IMG/VR virus record: IMGVR_UViG_3300009149_000091
Location: 1-41,386 of that record
Direction: 5' to 3' (one strand)
DNA length: 41,386 bases
DNA from: a virus
Taxonomy: Duplodnaviria; Caudoviricetes
Shown here: positions 9,490-19,226 of the stretch, in pieces
How positions within the stretch are numbered: the first letter of the stretch is position 1
How the letters are laid out: each line of letters starts with the position of its first letter
Position numbers and translations under genes: made by a program
The notes under the pieces: generated by a model
What the model saw: only the letters and a program-made list of their open reading frames with translations
What the model was told of the DNA's origin: nothing
The model's database searches: none

Positions 9490-9993
9490 TTATTCATCAT
9501 CATCTATTTTATTATCACTCATTTTCACACTCAATTGTTGCCTTCTTTGAAAATCCATTAGTATAGTTTTCAAACTATGTTTGATATTGCCGGCGATGAT
9601 ATTCTCCATTTTTTCTCTATCTCTTATTACTGCTTTCATGAACATGTAATTCATTTTTGATGTGGTTTTTTTCGGGAATGAAAAAGGGTACAAATATTCA
9701 TGATTGATAATACTACATACCCCGTCACCATCAACTGTATTTGTTTCTAATGTGATAAAGGTTTCAGAATTTCCTGTTGAAAAATAATCTTTACCAACAA
9801 TAAATTTTTTATTAACACCTTTGTTAATTGATAGGATTCTAACATTATTATCATCATTCAATCCTGTTATGAAGATACTTAATGCTGTCTTTTGTTCGTC
9901 ACTTAATTTATCAGGTTGATCAAATTTTTCCCAAAGATTTTTCTTCCATTTCCTGAACCAAATTCTGATGTAAATTGAAAAATTTCTTTTCAT
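9490..9993 (-). CDS. Hypothetical protein
   Basis: 167-aa ORF behind a TAnnTTTG element. Confidence 0.7.
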   Translation of the reverse strand: MKRNFSIYIRIWFRKWKKNLWEKFDQPDKLSDEQKTALSIFITGLNDDNNVRILSINKGVNKKFIVGKDYFSTGNSETFITLETNTVDGDGVCSIINHEYLYPFSFPKKTTSKMNYMFMKAVIRDREKMENIIAGNIKHSLKTILMDFQRRQQLSVKMSDNKIDDDE

Positions 9994-10009
9994 TCTATTA
10001 AATTTTTTA

Positions 10010-10017
10010 CAAAGATA
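10010..10017 (-). promoter_or_regulatory. Bacteroidota-type -7 element TATCTTTG
   Basis: Intergenic, 16 bp upstream of ATG 9993, with a T-tract further upstream. Confidence 0.65.
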
Positions 10018-10042
10018 TGGATATTTGTAGTATAAAAAAAAT

Positions 10043-10579
10043 TTAGACAGTTTTCTTGGGGGATATGATTACCCATAATCTATTCCCATCTAGTTTAGGT
10101 AAGTTTTCTATTTTACCATATTCTTTAAGATTATCTATGAATTTTAGAAGCAACAATTCACCTTGAGCTCTAAAATTTATTTCTCTACCAGCAAAAAAGA
10201 TAAAAACTTTTACTTTATCTCCATTTTTTAAGAAATTAATAACATGATTCATTTTGAAATCTAAATCATGTTGACCTGTATTATAAGTTAATCTAATTTC
10301 TTTTTGTTTGGTTTTTCTATTATTTTTTTGGTTTTCTTTTTCCTTTTGTTTTTTCTCATAAAGGAATTTTTTGTAATCCATTAATTTACAAACTGGTGGG
10401 TTGGAATTTGATATTTCAATAAGATCTAAATCTTTTGATTTAGCTAATAATATAGCTTCTTTTGTTGATGACACATAAGATTGTGTACCATCCGTAAACA
10501 CCAATCTAACTGTTTCTGATGTTATTTGATTGTTTATTTTTTCTGATTTTTCTCTACTTCTATTGTTTCTATTGTTCAT
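10043..10579 (-). CDS. infC: Translation initiation factor IF-3
   Basis: INNQI...VRLV...DLDLIEIS..SNPPVCKLMDYKKFLYE...KEIRL...HDLDFK...GDKVKV...GRE. Confidence 0.95.
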   Translation of the reverse strand: MNNRNNRSREKSEKINNQITSETVRLVFTDGTQSYVSSTKEAILLAKSKDLDLIEISNSNPPVCKLMDYKKFLYEKKQKEKENQKNNRKTKQKEIRLTYNTGQHDLDFKMNHVINFLKNGDKVKVFIFFAGREINFRAQGELLLLKFIDNLKEYGKIENLPKLDGNRLWVIISPKKTV

Positions 10580-10610
10580 AAATAAATTATTTTACCTATT
10601 GAGGTATTTA

Positions 10611-10618
10611 CAAATATA
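10611..10618 (-). promoter_or_regulatory. Bacteroidota-type -7 element TATATTTG upstream of infC
   Basis: Matches TAnnTTTG; long T-tract upstream on the minus strand. Confidence 0.65.
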
Positions 10619-10642
10619 AAAAATGTTTTGATAAAAAAAAAA

Positions 10643-10804
10643 TTAATTGGATTCAAGACTGTAATTGTATAATTTATTAGTATCCTCAATAGCGATTTTT
10701 TTAAGTTCGTTTTTTTGTTCATCACTCAAATTGAAATCTTTAGATATTTCATCGATAAAATTTTTCAAAACATGTGATATTTTTTGTTCTTGTTGTTCTG
10801 ACAT
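10643..10804 (-). CDS. Small hypothetical protein (53 aa), not in the ORF track
   Basis: Translated by hand: MSEQQEQKISHVLKNFIDEISKDFNLSDEQKNELKKIAIEDTNKLYNYSLESN; TTAATATATA on the minus strand at 10883..10892. Confidence 0.55.
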   Translation of the reverse strand: MSEQQEQKISHVLKNFIDEISKDFNLSDEQKNELKKIAIEDTNKLYNYSLESN

Positions 10805-10953
10805 ATAACTCTCAATTTATTTTTTTGATCTGGGAAGATCTTGACATACAATGCATAAAAAAAGCCTTAAAAAAATCAAATTTATATATTAAATAAAAAA
10901 ACCGTTTTTTTTCAAAATAGTCGTTTTATATATGATCACAATTGGTGAAAAGT

Positions 10954-12063
10954 TTAATAAAATTCAACCTTATCGATACTTTTATAAAAATTGTCTATGT
11001 TAAAATATTTATCAAAAGTTTCGATGATTTGTTCGTATGTAATTGAATCGATGGAGTTTTCAATTATCCAATTTTTCGGTAAAATATATTTATCTTCATT
11101 ATCCTGTAAATTAATATTTGATTTAATTACACTAATTTTGATAAAATTCTTAATCATGTTAAATTTTTTCTTAGTTAAATAATTATTTTTATTTTTAAAA
11201 ACATTAGATATGGTTTTATCCAATTTTTCAACATTATTGTTATTTGTTTCTGTTGATATTATAATAACACCAGTATTTTCAAGTCTATCTAAACGACAAT
11301 TTATATAATATGATAAATTTTCTTTCTCTCTTATTTCTTTATAAAGTGGTGATTTCAATCCACCAGATAATAAATAATTTATCAAAATTATTTTATCAAA
11401 ATCTTCATTAATAACTGGTGATACATACATCACCGATGATTTAGTTTTTGATGATATTAGGGTTTCTATATCAAAGTTGTTGTTTTCAATGTATTTGAAT
11501 CCACCAACTGTGTTTTTTTTATTGAAAATAACATCACTATCATGTTTATATTTATTAGAGAAATATATTATTTTGTGTGGTGTTTTATAAAAATTATTAT
11601 AATGATCATAACAATTTTCAAGAGTAAAATTCTCAATATCAGATTTTCTCCCAATTGAATTATAATTATTAAAAATTTTTCTATACAAATTTAAAAAATG
11701 ATTCTTATTATATCTATTAAATGAATCTGTATATTCATCTATAACAATTTTTTTCTCTGATTCTAGGATTTTATCATTGATATCAAATTTTGTAACTGTG
11801 TCATAAAAAGCATCTTTAAATTTGAAAATGTAATCATCCAATCCTCTAATATAAAAAACTATATTATTTGGTGTCGTATAAGCGTTCCATGTGATACCAT
11901 TATTTTCTAAAATTTCAACAAAATCATCTTTTAAATTTTTACAGATTAAATGTTCTATTAAATGTGATAATCCATAAGTGCCGTTATTTTCATTAACAAC
12001 AACATTATTATACACAATATAAAAACCAGATAAGTTGATTTGATTTTGTATGTTTAGTATCAT
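10954..12063 (-). CDS. M16 (insulinase-family) zinc metallopeptidase
   Basis: GLSHLIEHL (inverted HxxEH), NAYT, EKKIVIDE, SPLYKEIREKENLSY. Confidence 0.92.
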   Translation of the reverse strand: MILNIQNQINLSGFYIVYNNVVVNENNGTYGLSHLIEHLICKNLKDDFVEILENNGITWNAYTTPNNIVFYIRGLDDYIFKFKDAFYDTVTKFDINDKILESEKKIVIDEYTDSFNRYNKNHFLNLYRKIFNNYNSIGRKSDIENFTLENCYDHYNNFYKTPHKIIYFSNKYKHDSDVIFNKKNTVGGFKYIENNNFDIETLISSKTKSSVMYVSPVINEDFDKIILINYLLSGGLKSPLYKEIREKENLSYYINCRLDRLENTGVIIISTETNNNNVEKLDKTISNVFKNKNNYLTKKKFNMIKNFIKISVIKSNINLQDNEDKYILPKNWIIENSIDSITYEQIIETFDKYFNIDNFYKSIDKVEFY

Positions 12064-12164
12064 AATAGTTTTTCATTTATTATTTTTGTTTTAAATAAAT
12101 AAACGTTAGGTTTTCGGTGATGAACGTTTTTTTTATATATTAAAATTCCAAATAACATTTACAA

Positions 12165-12183
12165 GTGTAAAAATTTTTTACAC
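12165..12183. promoter_or_regulatory. Inverted repeat gtgtaaaaa-t-tttttacac between divergent late-type promoters
   Basis: 9-bp perfect arms with a 1-nt spacer; TATATA motifs at 12134..12139 and 12213..12218. Confidence 0.4.
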
Positions 12184-12242
12184 CTCATTGAAAAGGAAAG
12201 GCATTAATTTAATATATAACCAAAAACAAACAATAAATTTAC

Positions 12243-14807
12243 ATGAAAGATATTTGGAATCTTAAATATGATTGGGATTTAACTGGTTCTACTTGGTCTA
12301 GAATAGAAAGATTAGATACATATTGGAGTGGGGTTACATATGTTCCAGATAATTATTTCAAATATAAAAAATGTTTATCTGGTATTACTTATCAATATGT
12401 CAATACACTTGATGATATATATTCTAAAAATGCTATGGTTGGTAAAACTTGGTGTATTTATGACATGTATAATGAATTTGATATTATAAACAACTTCATG
12501 GTGAATATGGATACTGTAGATATCTGTTGTACTACTAATATTGATTTAACAGAAAGATATTATACATTAGATAATGCATATTTAAAAACAAAACACAAAG
12601 TTCTTCTTGTAAATCAAACCGATAAAACAGAAAACGATTTATATAATGTTGATCAAAGGGGATTTCTTATTACATCCACTCATTTATTGAATAGTGGAAA
12701 TACATTCAGATATAAAGGGTATGTAAAATTAGGTGATAATAAACATAATCAATATCATTTAAAAGATGTTGGTGGTGTTTTCCCGACATCTGGTTTGCCA
12801 GCATCATATATGTTGGGCAAAACATATATAATCAAACATTTCTTTACATATAACATAAACGCGGTTGATCCTATTCCAAAATTGATATTTACAGATTATG
12901 ATATCGCTAGACATATTAATCCATTAAATTATTCATTATATACTGGTTTTACAATGTCAGATACTCTAATCAATGGTGAAAAAGTTGTTATAAAATATCA
13001 TGATTATGAATATGTTATAACATTAAATAATACAACTTCAGATTTTGTACACACAGGTACTATATCCGGTGATACTATTTATAATGGATTATATACATCA
13101 CCCGGAGGAACAAGTTCACAATTTTTTGTAAGTGGAAGTACAAATTTCTATACTAATGCTAGTGTTGGTGATTATTTAAAAGTTACATTTAGTGGTGATA
13201 CAAATACAAATTTAATATATTATACACATATCAAATTTAAATCAGATTCACCCGTATTAGTCTTACAGAATCCAGTTCCAACAAATATATTAAACGATTT
13301 TTATGTAAGTGGTGGTACATACACACTTACAAATTTACAATATTCAGAAGTTTCAGCAATAAAAGACACTTTATTAGAAACATATCACTCGAAATATTTT
13401 GATGTAGATGATTCTATGTATTTTTCACCAAAATATTATGATTATAACCACTATTTTGATTATGATGGGTTACAATTCATATATTCTGGTACAACTTACA
13501 CGGAATATGCTTTCACAACCGACAATACTTATATCAAATACAAATTATATGAACATTTGAATTCAATAAACTCAGTATTTGATAATTCATATATAATATC
13601 AAATTATCCAAATGTTAGTTTATCATCATTTTCAACTGGATTTACCGTATTAATAACAGACACACAAAGTTCTGAATATTATAATAGATATCCGAAGGGA
13701 ACTTATATTAAAATAACGCCCGATGATACAAATGATATGTATTTTTTCAGAAAAAACACTTTTGTCAAGTTAAATGATGATGATACATATAAAACTCTTA
13801 TTGTTGATTATGTACCGAATCAATATTTTATTATAGAAACATACAAATCTGATTCTGGATTAACAATAACAAGTATAGATAGTATTTATACTTTAACTGG
13901 AATATCTGATCTATTGTATTCTGTTTATAAGAATGATGAAAATGATTGGTATAGGGAAAGACCAGATAATATTAGAAAAAATATATGTAATTCTTACTCT
14001 AGAATTATAGAAAAAGATTCTAATATTGTAAAAAATGTTACAGCTTTATTGACACAAGATGATAAAAATAAATTTATACTTGAATTATATAATCCTGAAA
14101 ATTTATTAAACAATGGTGAAAATATTACATTCACTTATGACCCAAATTTAACATATAAACCAATAGAATTAATAGATATAGGTGTGGATAAGCATACAAA
14201 AATTCCATTACCAATTTTAACTGAAAATTTATTGATAACTTATGATTTATTAACTGGTGTAACAAGTGGTTCAACAACAGGTTCTACATCTTATGATACT
14301 TTCACATTTATTGTGGATTCATCTACTTCTTTTTCATATACTTTTGAATCAACAAATACTACAACATTATCGGTTGATTGGGGTGATGGGTCATCATTAG
14401 AGAACATTACATTTAGTGGAGTTTATAGTGGTTCACACACATTTGCATCTGATGGTGTATTTAGAGTTATATTTAGTGGTGATTTACAATATATTTATCA
14501 TTTATCATCTAATAGTAATTTAATAAATAAAGTTGATATTACAAAAATTAAAAATTTAACCACATTAAATTTAAATGATAATATTATTGATGAAATGGAA
14601 ATAAATGATTTAGTTTATTTAAGATATCTTTACTTGAATACAAATACTTTTGATGATGTGGATAAATTCTTTAATGAATTGGATTCAAATGGTTTAATTA
14701 ATGGTGTAATTGATACTGGTGGTACTGGTAATGCTCCTGTAACAGCGACTTCATTAGTGGCTAGAACAAATTTGGTATCAAAGGGCTGGACATTAACATA
14801 CAATTAA
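12243..14807 (+). CDS. Putative virion structural protein with C-terminal PKD-like and short LRR region
   Basis: Thr/Tyr-rich 854 aa; VDWGDG...HTFASDG.F.V PKD-like; NLTTLNLNDN and LRYLYLNTN LRR-like; late-type promoter. Confidence 0.6.
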   Translation: MKDIWNLKYDWDLTGSTWSRIERLDTYWSGVTYVPDNYFKYKKCLSGITYQYVNTLDDIYSKNAMVGKTWCIYDMYNEFDIINNFMVNMDTVDICCTTNIDLTERYYTLDNAYLKTKHKVLLVNQTDKTENDLYNVDQRGFLITSTHLLNSGNTFRYKGYVKLGDNKHNQYHLKDVGGVFPTSGLPASYMLGKTYIIKHFFTYNINAVDPIPKLIFTDYDIARHINPLNYSLYTGFTMSDTLINGEKVVIKYHDYEYVITLNNTTSDFVHTGTISGDTIYNGLYTSPGGTSSQFFVSGSTNFYTNASVGDYLKVTFSGDTNTNLIYYTHIKFKSDSPVLVLQNPVPTNILNDFYVSGGTYTLTNLQYSEVSAIKDTLLETYHSKYFDVDDSMYFSPKYYDYNHYFDYDGLQFIYSGTTYTEYAFTTDNTYIKYKLYEHLNSINSVFDNSYIISNYPNVSLSSFSTGFTVLITDTQSSEYYNRYPKGTYIKITPDDTNDMYFFRKNTFVKLNDDDTYKTLIVDYVPNQYFIIETYKSDSGLTITSIDSIYTLTGISDLLYSVYKNDENDWYRERPDNIRKNICNSYSRIIEKDSNIVKNVTALLTQDDKNKFILELYNPENLLNNGENITFTYDPNLTYKPIELIDIGVDKHTKIPLPILTENLLITYDLLTGVTSGSTTGSTSYDTFTFIVDSSTSFSYTFESTNTTTLSVDWGDGSSLENITFSGVYSGSHTFASDGVFRVIFSGDLQYIYHLSSNSNLINKVDITKIKNLTTLNLNDNIIDEMEINDLVYLRYLYLNTNTFDDVDKFFNELDSNGLINGVIDTGGTGNAPVTATSLVARTNLVSKGWTLTYN

Positions 14808-14823
14808 AAAATAATTTTAAAAA

Positions 14824-16593
14824 GTGGCTTTTAAGGTTCAAATAGTAAATATAGAAAATAATGTTAATAACATATTATTAACTGATGATCTTACAATAGA
14901 AATATTAAAAGTCAGGTATAATTGGGTATTAAATGCTAGTATCAAAGATGCTGTTTTGGGTTTAGATGAAAATGGATTAGTTTGGTATATGGGTGAATGG
15001 CTTTGTGGAGAATGGGAAGATGGAACTTGGTATTCTGGGATATTTCATAGTGGGATTTGGAAAAAAGGTAGATGGTATTCTTATTTATTGGATAAACCGA
15101 TGATTTTAAGCAAAAGATTTGTTGTTTTGGAAGAAGATAAGATGTATTCACAGTTTTTAAATGGAAGTTGGTTAAGTGGGACTTGGTATAATGGAATATT
15201 TGGGAACGATACTGATATTTCTGGTAAAACAACCACCCAAATAACAGTTGGTGATATAGGATGTCCTTATTGGTACACTGGAACTTGGTATAAAGGTTTA
15301 TTTAAAAATTCTGTTTGGAAAAATGGTGTATTTTTTAATGGTTCATTTACAAAATCATATTGGTTGGATGGAAAATTTTATAATGGGTATTTTGATAAAC
15401 ATGAATGGTGGGGTGGTTCTTTTTACGGTGGTGATTTTATTAGAGGTACATGGAAAAGTGGAACTCTTAACCAATTAAATTCAAATATTGCTGCCAGATT
15501 TGGTGTTTGCACAGGAACAACAAGTGATGGCACACTTACTACTTGGGAAAGTGGATCGTTTGAAAAAGGTCAGTTTATGTCAGGTTTATATCGTGATGTT
15601 AGTGGAAATACAGTAACGAGTCTTTGTCATCACACAACACATTGGTTAGATGGTTCATTTAATAATGGTGTTTGGTGGGGTGGACATTTTGAAAAAGGGA
15701 TTTTTAATTATGGTGATTGGTATGGTGGTGTTTTTAATACTAGTATAGAGGATGCTTTTACACAATATACTATTTGGAAAAACGGAACATGGCACGATGG
15801 ATTGTGGTTAAATGGAACTTTTAAATCTGGAACATTTTTGAGTGGAATGTGGATGAACGGAATATTTGAAAATGGATTTTTGGTTAGTTTATTTACTAGT
15901 ATTATGACAATTGATTTAAAAACAAATGTTATACCATCGGTATTACCTCCACCTCCACCACCACCATCATATACAGCACCAACGGTAACCACAAATTCTA
16001 TAACTAGTATAAATTATAATACTGCAGTAGGTGGTGGAAATGTAACAAGTGATGGTGGTTTAACTACTACAAGAGGTATTTGTTATTCTTCTGAAACATT
16101 AATACCAACTATAACAGATACTATTATAACAGATACATCTACTGGAACAGGAAGTTATAGTTGTAATATTGCGGGATTAATAGCTGGAACTGAATATTAT
16201 GTGAGAGCATGGGCAACAAATTCTATTGGAACAAGTTATGGTGCTGTTGAAACGTTCACAACATTATCTGCACCAACAGGATTACCTGTTGTTAAAACAG
16301 CATCAGCTACTTTAATAACATCATTATCAGCTGATTTATGGGGGGCTATAAATAGTGATGGTGGTTCTGGTATTTTACATTATGGTTTTTATATATCTGT
16401 AAATGCAAATCCGTTATCATCACCTAATGCGTCAGATGATAAAGGTGCTATTGGTTCGTCAATTCCTCCAATTTGGGGGTTCGATACACTTGTTAAACCA
16501 TTAAGTTCTGGAACAACGTATTATTTTCTAGCTTATGCGGAAAACGTAAATGGTGTAACATATGGAAATATAGAATCATTTACAACTTTATAA
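14824..16593 (+). CDS. Putative virion protein with (W/F)xxGx pentapeptide repeats, poly-Pro linker and two FN3-like domains
   Basis: GEWLCGEWEDGTWYSGIFHSGIWKKG-type repeats; PPPPPPP; two PTVTT...YYVRAWATN..GTSYG...FTT domains. Confidence 0.65.
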   Translation: MAFKVQIVNIENNVNNILLTDDLTIEILKVRYNWVLNASIKDAVLGLDENGLVWYMGEWLCGEWEDGTWYSGIFHSGIWKKGRWYSYLLDKPMILSKRFVVLEEDKMYSQFLNGSWLSGTWYNGIFGNDTDISGKTTTQITVGDIGCPYWYTGTWYKGLFKNSVWKNGVFFNGSFTKSYWLDGKFYNGYFDKHEWWGGSFYGGDFIRGTWKSGTLNQLNSNIAARFGVCTGTTSDGTLTTWESGSFEKGQFMSGLYRDVSGNTVTSLCHHTTHWLDGSFNNGVWWGGHFEKGIFNYGDWYGGVFNTSIEDAFTQYTIWKNGTWHDGLWLNGTFKSGTFLSGMWMNGIFENGFLVSLFTSIMTIDLKTNVIPSVLPPPPPPPSYTAPTVTTNSITSINYNTAVGGGNVTSDGGLTTTRGICYSSETLIPTITDTIITDTSTGTGSYSCNIAGLIAGTEYYVRAWATNSIGTSYGAVETFTTLSAPTGLPVVKTASATLITSLSADLWGAINSDGGSGILHYGFYISVNANPLSSPNASDDKGAIGSSIPPIWGFDTLVKPLSSGTTYYFLAYAENVNGVTYGNIESFTTL

Positions 16594-16664
16594 AACAATA
16601 TTTGAAAAATTATATATAAGGATAATAGAATATCCCAAATTTTTTAAAAAACAAACACTTTTTT

Positions 16665-16910
16665 ATGGATAAAACCTCTCAATCATCGAGGTTCAAGAAT
16701 ATCGAGTCAACTATAATCAATATTTTAAATGATAATTATGATAAAAGTTTAAAAATTAAACTATCAAAAAAACCGGATAGTATATCCAGTTTAATTGGTT
16801 ATTTAAAACAAAACGGATATAATTATAAATTTAATGGTTATAGAATAAAAGATATTGAACTAGATGTAATTGTCACGTTGAATTATACACCACCTACTTT
16901 AAAATTTTGA
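16665..16910 (+). CDS. Hypothetical protein
   Basis: 81-aa ORF with TATATATA at 16611..16618. Confidence 0.6.
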   Translation: MDKTSQSSRFKNIESTIINILNDNYDKSLKIKLSKKPDSISSLIGYLKQNGYNYKFNGYRIKDIELDVIVTLNYTPPTLKF

Positions 16911-16954
16911 CATTCCGAATAAATATATAGTAAAAAAAATAACAATTTTACTAT

Positions 16955-17203
16955 ATGATAGATGAGAATTATTATATTTTCGTAGAAGATGAAAATAACA
17001 AATTTATTGACAAGTTTGTTATTCGAATTGTCAAAAAAATAGATTGGATTATCGAATCTGTTACTGATAATGTGCCTTATGATTTAGAAATGATGAGGTA
17101 TGATAAGGAATATATTATAGATGATATAATAGATGATGTTCGAAATCAATATGATTATGTTCAAGAGATAAATTTTTCAGAGATTAATGATTATATGTTA
17201 TAA
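16955..17203 (+). CDS. Acidic hypothetical protein
   Basis: 82-aa ORF with TAAATATATA at 16920..16929. Confidence 0.65.
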   Translation: MIDENYYIFVEDENNKFIDKFVIRIVKKIDWIIESVTDNVPYDLEMMRYDKEYIIDDIIDDVRNQYDYVQEINFSEINDYML

Positions 17204-17301
17204 TTTGGAAAAAAATCACATTTATGGCTTAATATATACTTCCATATTGTGTTCAATTTTTTCAAAAAGTAAAAGATTGCTAAAAAATAATTATTAAAAA
17301 T

Positions 17302-18591
17302 ATGAAAAATTTAAAAATGGAATTGTTTAATTTCAAACAGAAATTGGTGTTTGAACAGGCTGAAATTTCTTCAATAGTAGAAAGTTTCCTTTTAAATTAT
17401 GATAATTTTTCAGAAAAAGAATTACAAAAAGCTTTAAATGAAAGATTATTACCTTATACTTACGATAGTGATGTTAAGGAATTATTGGAATCAGTTGATC
17501 AAGAGATGAATTCTTATAGTTTGATTTATGAATTAAAGGATCTTTATAGAAGTATCGAAAAAGATAATTTAGGACAATTGTATCGTCAATCATTAAGTGT
17601 AATTTTAGAAATTACACAATTACCAGATGATCAATCAAGATTAGAAGCTATTTTAAATGAATTAAAAATTTATGATTGGATCCCACAAGTAAAGAAATTT
17701 ATTTGGGGATTAACAAAAAACCCTTTGGATAAACAAAATATGATAAGCCCGGGTAAAGGTGATAAAATCTATACTATGGTTGAAAAATTAGAAAATGGTC
17801 ATTTGGCTTATGTATCAGATAGATGGTTTCTAATTGATGATAATGGTATTAAACAAGTTTTAATGGAAGATTATGTAGAAGATGAAGATAGAGTTAAAGA
17901 ACTTAGAGTTATGGAACAGGCTTTAACAATGGGTGAAGTAAATAAAGATAGATTTACAATTAGAATTGATGAAAATATTGTTTTAAGTTTATCAACCAAA
18001 AACGACAAGAATTTATATATCAATGAAGAAAAATTAGATCCTGAAACAACACTTGAAAGTATTTTTTCATCTCCAATTGTTCCTTATTTGAAAAAAGATT
18101 ATTTCTTACTTACAAATACAGTTAAGGAAAATTTAGATAAAATTCTTGAATTAGATATTGCTTTAAAAATTCACAATTTATTACAACCAACTTTAGAATG
18201 TTATCTTTTCAATTATCAAGATAAAATGTATTTATACAGTAAAGATTCTAGAACAGGAAGTGCTTTTTATGAATATGAGTCAGTAACAGAACTTATAAAT
18301 GATATTCGTAAAGATTTAGATTTTGATGTTACTTATTTCTTAGAAAATAAATTATCAAAAGAATTAAAACAAATAAAATCTTTAGAAGATAATGAAAAAG
18401 TTATTGAAAGTAAAATCAAAGATGCTACAAATGCAATTGATGAATTGAAAAATGAAAGTGAATTATTAGAATCAGATAGTAGTTTAAAATTATTATTTAA
18501 TAATTTATTAACACATAGACAAAATTTATATACAGAATTAAATCAAGTTAAAGACGAAAAAACACAATTTAAGAAATCTTTAGTACGTTAA
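17302..18591 (+). CDS. Hypothetical late protein with C-terminal coiled coil (possible prohead core component)
   Basis: 429 aa, Glu/Leu-rich, with its own TTAATATATA (17229..17238) and terminator; function inferred only from context. Confidence 0.6.
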   Translation: MKNLKMELFNFKQKLVFEQAEISSIVESFLLNYDNFSEKELQKALNERLLPYTYDSDVKELLESVDQEMNSYSLIYELKDLYRSIEKDNLGQLYRQSLSVILEITQLPDDQSRLEAILNELKIYDWIPQVKKFIWGLTKNPLDKQNMISPGKGDKIYTMVEKLENGHLAYVSDRWFLIDDNGIKQVLMEDYVEDEDRVKELRVMEQALTMGEVNKDRFTIRIDENIVLSLSTKNDKNLYINEEKLDPETTLESIFSSPIVPYLKKDYFLLTNTVKENLDKILELDIALKIHNLLQPTLECYLFNYQDKMYLYSKDSRTGSAFYEYESVTELINDIRKDLDFDVTYFLENKLSKELKQIKSLEDNEKVIESKIKDATNAIDELKNESELLESDSSLKLLFNNLLTHRQNLYTELNQVKDEKTQFKKSLVR

Positions 18592-18611
18592 TTTATTTAT
18601 AGGTATTCAAC

Positions 18612-18642
18612 ACCGACCGGTTTTGACCGGTCGGTTTTTTTT
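18612..18642 (+). terminator. Rho-independent terminator
   Basis: accgaccggt-tttg-accggtcggt followed by a T-run. Confidence 0.9.
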
Positions 18643-18827
18643 ATAAAAATTTTTTTATGTGATAAATTTTCATTAACTTGATATATTTTGCTTTTTTGTA
18701 AACTTTTTTTAATAATCGATATATAACAGATATTCAAGGATTAACATTTTAGGCTTTTTTAGGACAATATAGCTTTTTTTTCAACAACAAATTTTCAATC
18801 GAAATAAAAAATAATGACACCACCACG

Positions 18828-19208
18828 ATGGCAAAACCATTCTATTTAGATGAAGATGAATTTTATTATGAAATAGTATTATCAAAAGGTAAGGGCTTTT
18901 TAACTAAAAAAGCTGAATCTATTTTAATTAAAATTGCAACAAATTTTATTAAAAAAAAGGCAACTCATTATAAAGGAGATGATGATAAAAATGATTGTAT
19001 TCAAACAGGTTTATTATTTATGTTTCAAAATTGGAACAATTTTAATGAGAAAAAATATAAAAATGCAATGCCTTATTTTACCGAAATTTTCAAAAGAGGT
19101 ATGGCACAAGGTTACAATGAATTGAGAAATAAAAAATCGAATCAGGAAGCTGTTACAATGATTAGTATTGATTCATGTAATGATGGAGATGGTTTCTTTA
19201 ATATATAA
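18828..19208 (+). CDS. gp55: T4 gp55-like late transcription sigma factor
   Basis: NFNEKKYKNAMPYFTEIFKRG parallels the gp55 NFDETKYKNPHAYITQ segment; N-terminal YLDEDEF; lies next to the head genes. Confidence 0.8.
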   Translation: MAKPFYLDEDEFYYEIVLSKGKGFLTKKAESILIKIATNFIKKKATHYKGDDDKNDCIQTGLLFMFQNWNNFNEKKYKNAMPYFTEIFKRGMAQGYNELRNKKSNQEAVTMISIDSCNDGDGFFNI

Positions 19209-19226
19209 AAGAAAACAACATTACAT

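Noticed and set aside
10805-10953. tRNA or structured ncRNA in the longer intergenic gaps (also 18643..18827)
   Set aside because: The sequence is AT-rich with no cloverleaf, T-arm motif or convincing stems visible; a covariance-model search would be needed to exclude it fully.
12101-12134. aaacgtt...aacgttt followed by Ts as a terminator
   Set aside because: The stem is weak, the loop is long, and it lies in a divergent promoter region with no plus-strand gene ending there.
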